Program-made: the position numbers and the translations under genes
The notes under the pieces: model-generated
The model's input: only the letters and a program-made list of their open reading frames with translations
Databases searched by the model: none
What the model was told of the DNA's origin: nothing
From: Xanthobacteraceae bacterium
GTDB taxonomy: Bacteria; Pseudomonadota; Alphaproteobacteria; Rhizobiales; Xanthobacteraceae
Direction: 5' to 3'
Assembly: GCA_035499475.1 (NCBI GenBank)
Contig: DATJYT010000032.1
Location: 1 to 43,434, forward strand
DNA: 43,434 nucleotides
In this document: positions 26,070-32,920 of the stretch, piece after piece
How positions within the stretch are numbered: position 1 is the first letter of the stretch
Layout of the letters: each line of letters starts with the position of its first letter

Positions 26070-27368
26070 GTGAGCACCGACGCGGTTGCCGTTTTCGGCT
26101 TCGTCGTTCTATTCGCGCTGATGCTGCTGCGCGTGCCGGTCGGCATGGCCATGGGCCTCGTCGGAGTGAGCGGCTTTGCCTATATCGTCGGCGGCACCGC
26201 AGCGCTGAAAAGCGTCGGGCTCACCTCGATGCGTACGGTGACCGACTACACCTTCGGCGTTATTCCGATGTTCCTGCTAATGGGTGCGTTCGTATCCAAT
26301 TCCGGCATGAGCCGTGAATTGTTTCGCGCGGCGAATTCATTCCTCGGCCACTACCGCGGCGGATTGGGCATCGCCACCATTGCGGCTTGCGCCGGCTTCG
26401 CGGCGATATCCGGCTCGTCCGTCGCCACTGCCGCCACCTTCGCGACCGTCGCTTATCCCGAGATGCGGCGCTACAATTACCCGCAATCGTTCGCGACCGG
26501 CGTCATCGCCGCCGGCGGCACGCTCGGCGCCATGCTGCCGCCTTCGACCGTGCTCGCCGTCTACGGCATCATCACCGAGCAGGACATCGGCAAGCTGTTC
26601 ATCGCCGGAATCATCCCCGGATTGTTGGCCGCGTCGATGGACATGCTCACGGTCGTTGTCATCGGCAAAGTGCGGCCGAATTTCCTGCCGTCGGCGCCGC
26701 GGCATAGCTGGGCGGAGCGGCGCGCCGGATTGATCGACATATGGGCGACGCTTTTGCTCTTCTGCTTCGTCATCGGCGGCCTTTACGGCGGGCTGTTCAC
26801 GCCGACGGAGGCGGGCGGCGTCGGCGCCTCGGGCGCGCTACTGATCGGCGTCGCGCGCGGCAAGCTCACGCGTCCGGAAATCCGCCGCTCGCTGCTTCAG
26901 GCGGTGCGCACCGCGGCCGCAGTGCTCACGGTGCTGATCGGCGCGCTGCTGTTCGGCTATTTCCTGACGGTGACACAGACGCCGCAGAAGGTGACGGCGT
27001 TCCTCACCGATCTCGGCCTCGGCCGCTACGGTGTGCTGGCGCTGATCATGCTGATGTACATCGTGCTCGGCTGCCTCATGGATTCGCTTGCCATGATCAT
27101 CCTCACGATCCCGATCATTTTCCCCGTGGTCACCCAGCTTGGCTTCGATCCGATCTGGTTCGGCGTTATCATCGTGATGACGGTCGAGCTTGGACTCATT
27201 CACCCGCCGGTCGGCATGAATGTGTTCGTGATCAAAAGCGTGGTCCAGGACGTGAGCTTCTCGACGATTTTTGCCGGCGTGCTGCCGTTCATCGTCACCG
27301 ATCTGATTCGCCTGGTGATCCTGATCGCGTTTCCGATCCTTGCGCTCTGGCTGCCGTCGCACATGTGA
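26070..27368 (+). CDS. TRAP transporter large permease (DctM family)
   Basis: 432 aa polytopic membrane protein of typical DctM length and order. GTG start preceded by GAGG. Confidence 0.9.
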   Translation: MSTDAVAVFGFVVLFALMLLRVPVGMAMGLVGVSGFAYIVGGTAALKSVGLTSMRTVTDYTFGVIPMFLLMGAFVSNSGMSRELFRAANSFLGHYRGGLGIATIAACAGFAAISGSSVATAATFATVAYPEMRRYNYPQSFATGVIAAGGTLGAMLPPSTVLAVYGIITEQDIGKLFIAGIIPGLLAASMDMLTVVVIGKVRPNFLPSAPRHSWAERRAGLIDIWATLLLFCFVIGGLYGGLFTPTEAGGVGASGALLIGVARGKLTRPEIRRSLLQAVRTAAAVLTVLIGALLFGYFLTVTQTPQKVTAFLTDLGLGRYGVLALIMLMYIVLGCLMDSLAMIILTIPIIFPVVTQLGFDPIWFGVIIVMTVELGLIHPPVGMNVFVIKSVVQDVSFSTIFAGVLPFIVTDLIRLVILIAFPILALWLPSHM

Positions 27369-27388
27369 CGCTGTCATTGCGAGACGCG

Positions 27389-28240
27389 TCAGCCATCGCG
27401 GCGGTAACCGGTCAGCCCCGGCCGATAGGATTTCTCGTCGAGGAACTGCGTCATGCCCTTTTCGCGGCCCTTCTCCGGGTCGTTGAAACGCAGTTGATCG
27501 AGCTTGGCGAACAAGTAGTCCTCGGCGTCTTCCCACGACATGTCGCCGACGCGCCTTGCCGCGTGCTTGGCGATGCGCAGCGCCATCGGATTTTTTCCGA
27601 TGAGCGTCGCTGCGAGCTTTGCCGTGCGCCCGCGCAGTTCGGCGCGCGGCACGGCTTCGTTGACGAGGCCCATGGCGGCGGCCTTGCGGCCGTCGAACGG
27701 CTCGCCCGTCATGATGTAATACATGGCGTCGCGATGGTTCATCACGGAAACGACCGCCTTGGTGACGGTGCCGGCAGGAATGATGCCCCAATTGATTTCC
27801 GACAGTCCGAAGGTGGCATCTTCCGCAGCGATCGCGAGATCGCAGGCAACCATCGAATTGAAGGCGCCGCCGAAGCACCAGCCGTTGACCATGGCGATGG
27901 TCGGCTTGCCGTAAAATTGCAGCCGCTTCCACTGCGCCACGGCGCTCTTGCGCATGATCTTCATGCGTTCGTCGTAATTGAGCTTGTCGGTGGCGCGGAA
28001 ATATTCGCGCAGGTCCATTCCGGACGAATAGGCCTCGCCGGCGCCGGTCAGGACCAGCGCGCCGCAGCGGTCGTCTCCTTCAAGCGCCTCAAACACGTCC
28101 AGCATCTCGAAAGACAAGGCGGGATTGATCGCGTTGCGCTTCTCCGGCCGGTTCATCGTCACCCAGGCGACGCGGTCGACGATTTCGACCAGGACGGTAT
28201 TGCCGCCGGGAAGCGGGGCGGCGTGTGTAATGGCGCTCAT
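27389..28240 (-). CDS. Hydroxycinnamoyl-CoA (feruloyl/p-coumaroyl-CoA) hydratase/lyase-like crotonase
   Basis: Collinear with my recollection of Pseudomonas HCHL: NRPEKRNA, LTGAGEA..GMDL.EYF, KPTIAMVNGWCFGG, ATFGLSEINWGI, EDYL.AKLDQ and FLD.KS..PGL. Confidence 0.82.
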   Translation of the reverse strand: MSAITHAAPLPGGNTVLVEIVDRVAWVTMNRPEKRNAINPALSFEMLDVFEALEGDDRCGALVLTGAGEAYSSGMDLREYFRATDKLNYDERMKIMRKSAVAQWKRLQFYGKPTIAMVNGWCFGGAFNSMVACDLAIAAEDATFGLSEINWGIIPAGTVTKAVVSVMNHRDAMYYIMTGEPFDGRKAAAMGLVNEAVPRAELRGRTAKLAATLIGKNPMALRIAKHAARRVGDMSWEDAEDYLFAKLDQLRFNDPEKGREKGMTQFLDEKSYRPGLTGYRRDG

Positions 28241-28380
28241 TGATCGGGGTCCTCTGCGCGAACGTGCGTGGATTTCTTAAACCATCGCAACGACCGGACA
28301 AAGGGCTTGGGCCGGCGCGGTTGGCAATGGACAAGGCGCGGGAAACTCGGCATGGCAATGCCGCGACGAAGGGGGAAGAC

Positions 28381-29163
28381 ATGGAATTGAAGCTCAACGG
28401 CCGTACCGCCTTGATCACCGGCAGCTCGAAAGGGATTGGCCTCTCGGTCGCGCAATGGTTTGCGCAGGAAGGCGTCAATGTCTGTCTGGTGGCGCGCTCG
28501 GGCAGTCAATTGGAGAGAGAAGGCGAGGCGATCGCCAAGGCGACAGGCGTCAAAGTGCGCACGCTTGCCGCCGATCTTTCCAACGCCGCGGCACGCGAGG
28601 ATGTGTTCAAGGCCTTTCCGGATGTCGACATCCTCGTCAACAACGCCGGCGCCATTCCGGGCGGATCGATCGACGATGTGCAGGAGCCGGCGTGGCGCGC
28701 CGGCTGGGACCTCAAAGTGTTCGGCTATGTGGGTCTGACGCGGCTCTATTTGCGCATGATGAAGGAGCGGCGTCGCGGCGTCATCGTCAATGTCATCGGT
28801 CTCGGCGGTGAGCGGCTTGATGCGACCTATATCGCCGGGGCGATGGGCAACGCCGGCCTGATGGCGTTCACGCGCGCCATCGGCGGCACCAGCACCGACT
28901 TTGGCGTGCGGGTGCTCGGCGTTAATCCGGGTCCGGTGCTGACCGATCGTGTCGAAGTTCTGGGCCGCAAGCGGGCGGCGACGCTTTATGGCGATGAGAA
29001 CCGATGGCGCGAGAGTTTTGCCAAAATGCCTTACGGCCGTCCCGCGTCTTGCGACGAGATCGCCGCTACGGTCGTGTTTCTCGCGTCGGATCTGTCGTCC
29101 TATACCAGCGGCACCATCGTCACGATCGACGGCGGGCTCGCCAATCGCGGCGGCATGCCATAG
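28381..29163 (+). CDS. SDR-family oxidoreductase (atypical active-site motifs)
   Basis: AAGGGGGAAG RBS before the ATG at 28381. Cofactor motifs TGSSKGIG and NNAG are present. The region where YxxxK is expected reads ATYIAGAMGNAGLMAF, with no Lys. Confidence 0.82.
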   Translation: MELKLNGRTALITGSSKGIGLSVAQWFAQEGVNVCLVARSGSQLEREGEAIAKATGVKVRTLAADLSNAAAREDVFKAFPDVDILVNNAGAIPGGSIDDVQEPAWRAGWDLKVFGYVGLTRLYLRMMKERRRGVIVNVIGLGGERLDATYIAGAMGNAGLMAFTRAIGGTSTDFGVRVLGVNPGPVLTDRVEVLGRKRAATLYGDENRWRESFAKMPYGRPASCDEIAATVVFLASDLSSYTSGTIVTIDGGLANRGGMP

Positions 29164-29175
29164 CGGGACAAAGGC

Positions 29176-29745
29176 TTAGCTTCGTCCGCCGCCCGCAAGC
29201 ACCGCGCGCGTGGCGCGGTCGGGTCCGAAATCATCGACGCTGTCGATAGCCAGGAGATCGGCAAGCCGCGTGCGCGCACGGTTGACGCGGCTTTTGATGG
29301 TGCCGACGGCGCAGCCACAAATCGACGCCGCATCTTCGTAAGAGAAACCGGAGGCGCCGACCAGAATCAGCGCCTCGCGCTGATCCGCAGGGAGCTTGGC
29401 CAGCGCGGTGCGAAATTCCTCGAACTCGACGCGACCGACCTGTTCGGGATGCGATTTGAGCGTGTCGGCATAGCGGCCGTCGGCGTCTTCGACTTCCCGG
29501 CGGCGCTTGCGATACTCGGATCGGAACAGGTTGCGCAGAATGGTGAACAGCCATGCCGGCATGTTGGTACCGGGCTCGAACGAGTCGATGTGCGACAGCG
29601 CGCGCAGCAACGTCTCCTGCACCAAGTCGTCGGCGCGGTCGATATTGCCGCACAAGGAGATGGCGAAGGCGCGCAAGCTCGGCACGGTGCTGAGCACTTG
29701 GTCGCGGATCGCCGGATCGAGTTTCATGCGTACGGCCTCGTCCAT
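29176..29745 (-). CDS. ecfG: ECF sigma factor EcfG (general stress response)
   Basis: Sigma-70 region 2 (DDLVQETLLRAL, MPAWLFTILRNLFRSEYRK) and region 4 (LPADQREALILVGASGFSYEDAASICGCAVGTIKSRVNRAR). It lies immediately downstream of nepR and divergent from phyR. Confidence 0.85.
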   Translation of the reverse strand: MDEAVRMKLDPAIRDQVLSTVPSLRAFAISLCGNIDRADDLVQETLLRALSHIDSFEPGTNMPAWLFTILRNLFRSEYRKRRREVEDADGRYADTLKSHPEQVGRVEFEEFRTALAKLPADQREALILVGASGFSYEDAASICGCAVGTIKSRVNRARTRLADLLAIDSVDDFGPDRATRAVLAGGGRS

Positions 29746-29747
29746 CG

Positions 29748-29987
29748 TCAGTCCTGGTCGCTCAGCTTGCGGACCAGATCGGTGATGTGCTCCGGGACTC
29801 CCTGGTTGACGAAGTCGTCGTACATCGCCCGCAATTGTTGGCCGATCCGCGCCTGGACCTCGCGGCCAAGGCGCGCGTCAGGCTTTCGGGGAGTGGTGGG
29901 CCTTCCCATAGAATCTAGGGCCTCCGGCTTGTCCCCATCGGACTTGTCCAATTCCATCGGTTCCAGGTTCGTTCTGCGGTTCTTCAT
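29748..29987 (-). CDS. nepR: NepR-family anti-sigma factor
   Basis: The C-terminal NepR signature is IGQQLRAMYDDFVNQGVPEHITDLVRKL. Its stop lies 2 nt from the ecfG start. The start is uncertain: TTG 30038, ATG 30014, ATG 29987 or ATG 29957. Confidence 0.75.
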   Translation of the reverse strand: MKNRRTNLEPMELDKSDGDKPEALDSMGRPTTPRKPDARLGREVQARIGQQLRAMYDDFVNQGVPEHITDLVRKLSDQD

Positions 29988-30071
29988 TTCGTCGTTTTTT
30001 CCCCGTTCACCCATGAGCCTACCCAGCAGCCAATCCAACCCTCTGAGGCAAAATCCCGCTCCATTGGCCCC

Positions 30072-30096
30072 AACGCGCGCCTTTTCTTAAGGTTCC
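30072..30096 (-). promoter_or_regulatory. EcfG-type promoter driving nepR-ecfG
   Basis: The minus strand reads GGAAC (30092-30096), a 16-nt spacer, then CGTT (30072-30075). This matches the alphaproteobacterial GSR promoter GGAAC-N16/17-CGTT. Confidence 0.6.
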
Positions 30097-30103
30097 TCGT
30101 CGG

Positions 30104-30128
30104 GGAACTTTTTTTCGCCCCGCACGTT
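30104..30128 (+). promoter_or_regulatory. EcfG-type promoter driving phyR
   Basis: The plus strand reads GGAAC (30104-30108), a 16-nt spacer, then CGTT (30125-30128). It lies about 40 nt upstream of the phyR ATG. Confidence 0.6.
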
Positions 30129-30167
30129 TTCGCCGGTAGCTTTGGGACTTATGGAAGGGGAGGGTGC

Positions 30168-30986
30168 ATGTCCACCTCACAAGCCGTACTCCAGCACCTG
30201 CCGTTTTTGCGCCGTTACGCCCGGGCTCTCACGGGGAATCAGGCGTCGGGTGACGCCTATGTGGCGGCCACGCTGGAATCGCTGATCGCAAGCCCGGAGG
30301 TGGTCGGAAACAGCCCAAATTCGCGGGTCGCGCTCTATCGCCTGTTCACCAGGATCTGGAACTCCGTCCCAGTGAACGGCAAAGCTGAAAGTGGCGACAT
30401 CACTCTGCCACCTGAGCATCATCTCACTCAGATCACGCCGCGTCCGCGTCAGGCATTCCTGCTGGTCGCGCTGGAAGGCTTCTCCGAAGAAGATGCCGCG
30501 CACATCCTTGACTGCGACCTGACGACGCTGCGCAGCCTGGTCGAAGAATCCGGCCGCGAGCTGGCGGCCGAAATTGCCACCGACGTCCTCATTATCGAGG
30601 ATGAGACGTTCATCGCCATGGACATCGAAGCCTTGGTCGAAAGCCTCGGCCACAAGGTCATCGGTATCGCTCGTACGCATAGCGAAGCTGTGGCCCTTGC
30701 AAAGCAGAAACGGCCCGGTCTCATCTTGGCCGACATTCAGCTTGCCGACGGCAGCTCCGGCCTTGATGCGGTGAACGAGCTCCTGGGCTCCTTCGAAGTG
30801 CCGGTTATCTTCATCACCGCCTATCCTGAGCGTTTCCTCACCGGACAGCGGCCCGAACCGGCATTCCTTATTGCCAAGCCTTTCCAACTTGCGGTGGTCT
30901 CCGCCGTGGCGAGCCAGGCTCTGTTCTTCGGCCGTAATGCGCGACAGCGCGAACGCCGGGCCAGCGCGCACCAAGCATCGCTGTAA
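30168..30986 (+). CDS. phyR: Anti-anti-sigma factor / response regulator PhyR
   Basis: The N-terminal sigma-like domain reads LPFLRRYARALTGNQASGDAYV. The C-terminal receiver reads VLIIEDE, LILADIQLADGSSG, FITAY and IAKPF. A GGAAGGGGAGGG RBS is present. Confidence 0.9.
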   Translation: MSTSQAVLQHLPFLRRYARALTGNQASGDAYVAATLESLIASPEVVGNSPNSRVALYRLFTRIWNSVPVNGKAESGDITLPPEHHLTQITPRPRQAFLLVALEGFSEEDAAHILDCDLTTLRSLVEESGRELAAEIATDVLIIEDETFIAMDIEALVESLGHKVIGIARTHSEAVALAKQKRPGLILADIQLADGSSGLDAVNELLGSFEVPVIFITAYPERFLTGQRPEPAFLIAKPFQLAVVSAVASQALFFGRNARQRERRASAHQASL

Positions 30987-31000
30987 TTCTCCCCAACGTC

Positions 31001-31036
31001 ATTCCGGGGCCTCGCGTCAGCGAGAGGCCCCGGAAT
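31001..31036 (+). terminator. GC-rich hairpin directly after phyR (possible factor-independent terminator or REP-like element)
   Basis: ATTCCGGGGCCTC (31001-31013) pairs with GAGGCCCCGGAAT (31024-31036), a 13-bp perfect stem. No U-tract follows. Confidence 0.4.
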
Positions 31037-31137
31037 TCGAAAACCCCTGTCGTGGGAATTGCACTCGGCGCCGACCCGCCGAGTCCATGGTGAGGGATTC
31101 CGGGCTCGCCGTTTTACGGCACCCCGCATCACCTGAC

Positions 31138-31178
31138 AAAAAATAAGGGCGCAGCCGATCGGCATATCGACTGCGCCC
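31138..31178 (-). terminator. Intrinsic terminator on the minus strand
   Basis: The stem 31147-31159 / 31166-31178 pairs 12 of 13 bp with a 6-nt loop. On the minus strand it is followed by TTATTTTTTG (31137-31146). Such clean U-tract terminators are rare in this window. Confidence 0.6.
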
Positions 31179-31245
31179 AAAACACCGGCCAAGCACGGGG
31201 GGAGGGGGAAAGGATGGCCGGCTGCCATACCAAATCCGTCGTCGG
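31138..31245 (-). ncRNA. Candidate small RNA (5' end undefined)
   Basis: No coding gene reads into the minus-strand terminator. Just upstream, the minus strand can fold CAGCCGGCC...GGCCGGTG around a C-rich loop ATCCTTTCCCCCTCCCCCCGTGCTT (anti-Shine-Dalgarno-like). Confidence 0.3.
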
Positions 31246-31360
31246 CCTTATTGTTCCGCGCCGATCGCGACGGGCGGCTTGCGATTTTCAGAAATCACGC
31301 AGGCGTGAGGAGAGATCAACTCGAGTTCTAATCACGTACAGGTGAATGAACCTGCTCACA

Positions 31361-31385
31361 GGAACCGCCGTCAATATTTACTGTT
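31361..31385 (+). promoter_or_regulatory. Possible EcfG-type promoter (imperfect -10) upstream of the 114-aa gene
   Basis: GGAAC (31361-31365), a 16-nt spacer, then TGTT (31382-31385). Read another way this is GGAAC-N17-GTT. It lies 76 nt upstream of the ATG at 31461. Confidence 0.3.
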
Positions 31386-31460
31386 GAGTTCAGTGCTCGG
31401 GCTGGGGCCGTCGGTGCGCTTCAACAACAAAGTTTGTTTGGGCGCGCAGGAGAAGGTCCG

Positions 31461-31805
31461 ATGATCAGGCAGTTTGGACTTCGCGCGGCAAGTGCGTTCG
31501 GTCTCTTCGTACTCGCGATATTTTTAGTTGGGCTTTATCCGTTTTTTGGTCTGACTGCGGGCGCCGGAGTGACACGGATCGCACCGGCAGTTTCGGTCGA
31601 TCGAACCCTTAAGGGCGATCTGCTGCCGCTCTCGACATCACCCATATACGACGTTCCGGATTGGAAAAATGATTTCGGCGCCTTTGCGAGCCTGCAACAG
31701 CGTAGCGCCGGGCCGCGCGTGCTGACGCCGCTTGGCTGCGACCCTGCCTTCAGTCCGATTTACACACCCGTGGCGGCAAATATTTTTGGCCGCTGCATGA
31801 CCTGA
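31461..31805 (+). CDS. Hypothetical membrane-anchored or secreted protein (114 aa)
   Basis: AGGAGAAGG RBS before the ATG at 31461. The N-terminal hydrophobic segment is AFGLFVLAIFLVGLYPFFGLTAGAG. No family recognised. Confidence 0.55.
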   Translation: MIRQFGLRAASAFGLFVLAIFLVGLYPFFGLTAGAGVTRIAPAVSVDRTLKGDLLPLSTSPIYDVPDWKNDFGAFASLQQRSAGPRVLTPLGCDPAFSPIYTPVAANIFGRCMT

Positions 31806-32010
31806 CGGGCCGTCGATTTTGTTTTGATTTTCATCGGCTGAAATTTTGTCAGCACGCACAGAGCCGCGACGCGTTAGCAGAAAAAAGATCGCTCGGGGTC
31901 GAGCCGTCGCCTCTCATCAGATTTTTGCGTTACGAGTGCAGTGGGGAACTTCCCATTGTCTCGCGGCTTAATCGGTTCGAGGTTTCGGCTTTTGCACGGT
32001 GGAGCGGGTC

Positions 32011-32781
32011 ATGTCAGCAAGCAGGCGTGCGCTGCGTCTTGGCAGCGTTGTGTTTGGTTTGATCCTCGCAGTGCCGGTCGTCCCGGCTTTTGCGCAGGCG
32101 CTGTCTTATGGGCCGGTGGGTCAATATCAGCCGGTCTTTCCACAATACGCTCCGCAGCCCCCAGAGCCGCAGGCCCAAGAGCGCGACGGCGCAACGTCGG
32201 ACGACGAACTGCCGGCCGCGTTGCGCCGCCAAGTGGTTGGCTATCAGGGTAATGAAGCGCCAGGGACAATCATCATCGATACCGCGCACACGTTCCTTTA
32301 CCTGACGCTCGGCGACGGCAAGGCGTTGCGCTACGGCATCGGTGTCGGCCGACAGGGCTTTACCTGGTCGGGCACCGAGACGATTTCGCGAAAGGCCGAG
32401 TGGCCCGATTGGATACCCCCGGCCGAAATGGTCGCAAGGCAGCCATACCTGCCGCGCTGGGTCGGAGGCGGTCCAGGCAATCCGCTGGGAGCGCGTGCGC
32501 TCTATCTCGGCAACACCGACTATCGCATTCACGGCACCAACGACCCGACGTCGATCGGCAAACATGTCTCCAGCGGCTGCATCCGGCTGCGGGATGCAGA
32601 CGTGATCGACCTCTACAGCCGCGTCGGGGTCGGCACCAAGGTCGTCGTTCTGCCGAACAACCTGCGGGCAGCCGTGGACGCAGGCGGCGGAGCGCGGACC
32701 GCGGCAAGGATCGAGCCTCGCTCCGCGGCGTCCCTTGCCACCACTGCAGCGTCGGCTGAGGCGATATCCGGGATTTACTGA
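32011..32781 (+). CDS. L,D-transpeptidase (YkuD domain)
   Basis: Signal peptide ending AFAQA. The catalytic motif is YRIHGTNDPTSIGKHVSSGCIRL. Confidence 0.88.
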   Translation: MSASRRALRLGSVVFGLILAVPVVPAFAQALSYGPVGQYQPVFPQYAPQPPEPQAQERDGATSDDELPAALRRQVVGYQGNEAPGTIIIDTAHTFLYLTLGDGKALRYGIGVGRQGFTWSGTETISRKAEWPDWIPPAEMVARQPYLPRWVGGGPGNPLGARALYLGNTDYRIHGTNDPTSIGKHVSSGCIRLRDADVIDLYSRVGVGTKVVVLPNNLRAAVDAGGGARTAARIEPRSAASLATTAASAEAISGIY

Positions 32782-32831
32782 CAACTTCCGCGGCCTTCTC
32801 GCGGCTGTCACATCCAACAGTTCGACGGCAA

Positions 32832-32863
32832 GGGCCGAAACACGATGGATCGAGTTTCGGCCC
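32832..32863 (+). terminator. Hairpin after the L,D-transpeptidase gene
   Basis: GGGCCGAAAC / GTTTCGGCCC forms a 10-bp perfect stem with a 12-nt loop. It is followed by the moderately T-rich TCTGTCGTTG. Confidence 0.4.
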
Positions 32864-32920
32864 TCTGTCGTTGATAAAAATATGGCGATGTGAATCGCAG
32901 GGCTGTGGAAGTGTAACGGT

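Noticed and set aside
26741-28243. 500-aa plus-strand ORF.
   Set aside because: It runs out of frame through the 3' part of dctM and then antisense through the hydratase/lyase gene. Its Arg/Gly/His-rich sequence matches no family.
28322-28360. TGGCA-containing repeats considered as a sigma-54 (-24 / -12) promoter.
   Set aside because: No TTGC element occurs at the required 5-nt spacing after either TGGCA. They are kept only as a direct-repeat observation.
31236-31256. Minus-strand GGAAC (31252-31256) considered as an EcfG promoter for the sRNA candidate.
   Set aside because: The -10 position reads GATT / ATTT rather than CGTT, so it does not support EcfG dependence.
31945-31970. GGAAC element upstream of the L,D-transpeptidase, considered as an EcfG promoter.
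   Set aside because: The sequence at the -10 position is GCTT / CTTA rather than CGTT / GTT at either N16 or N17 spacing.
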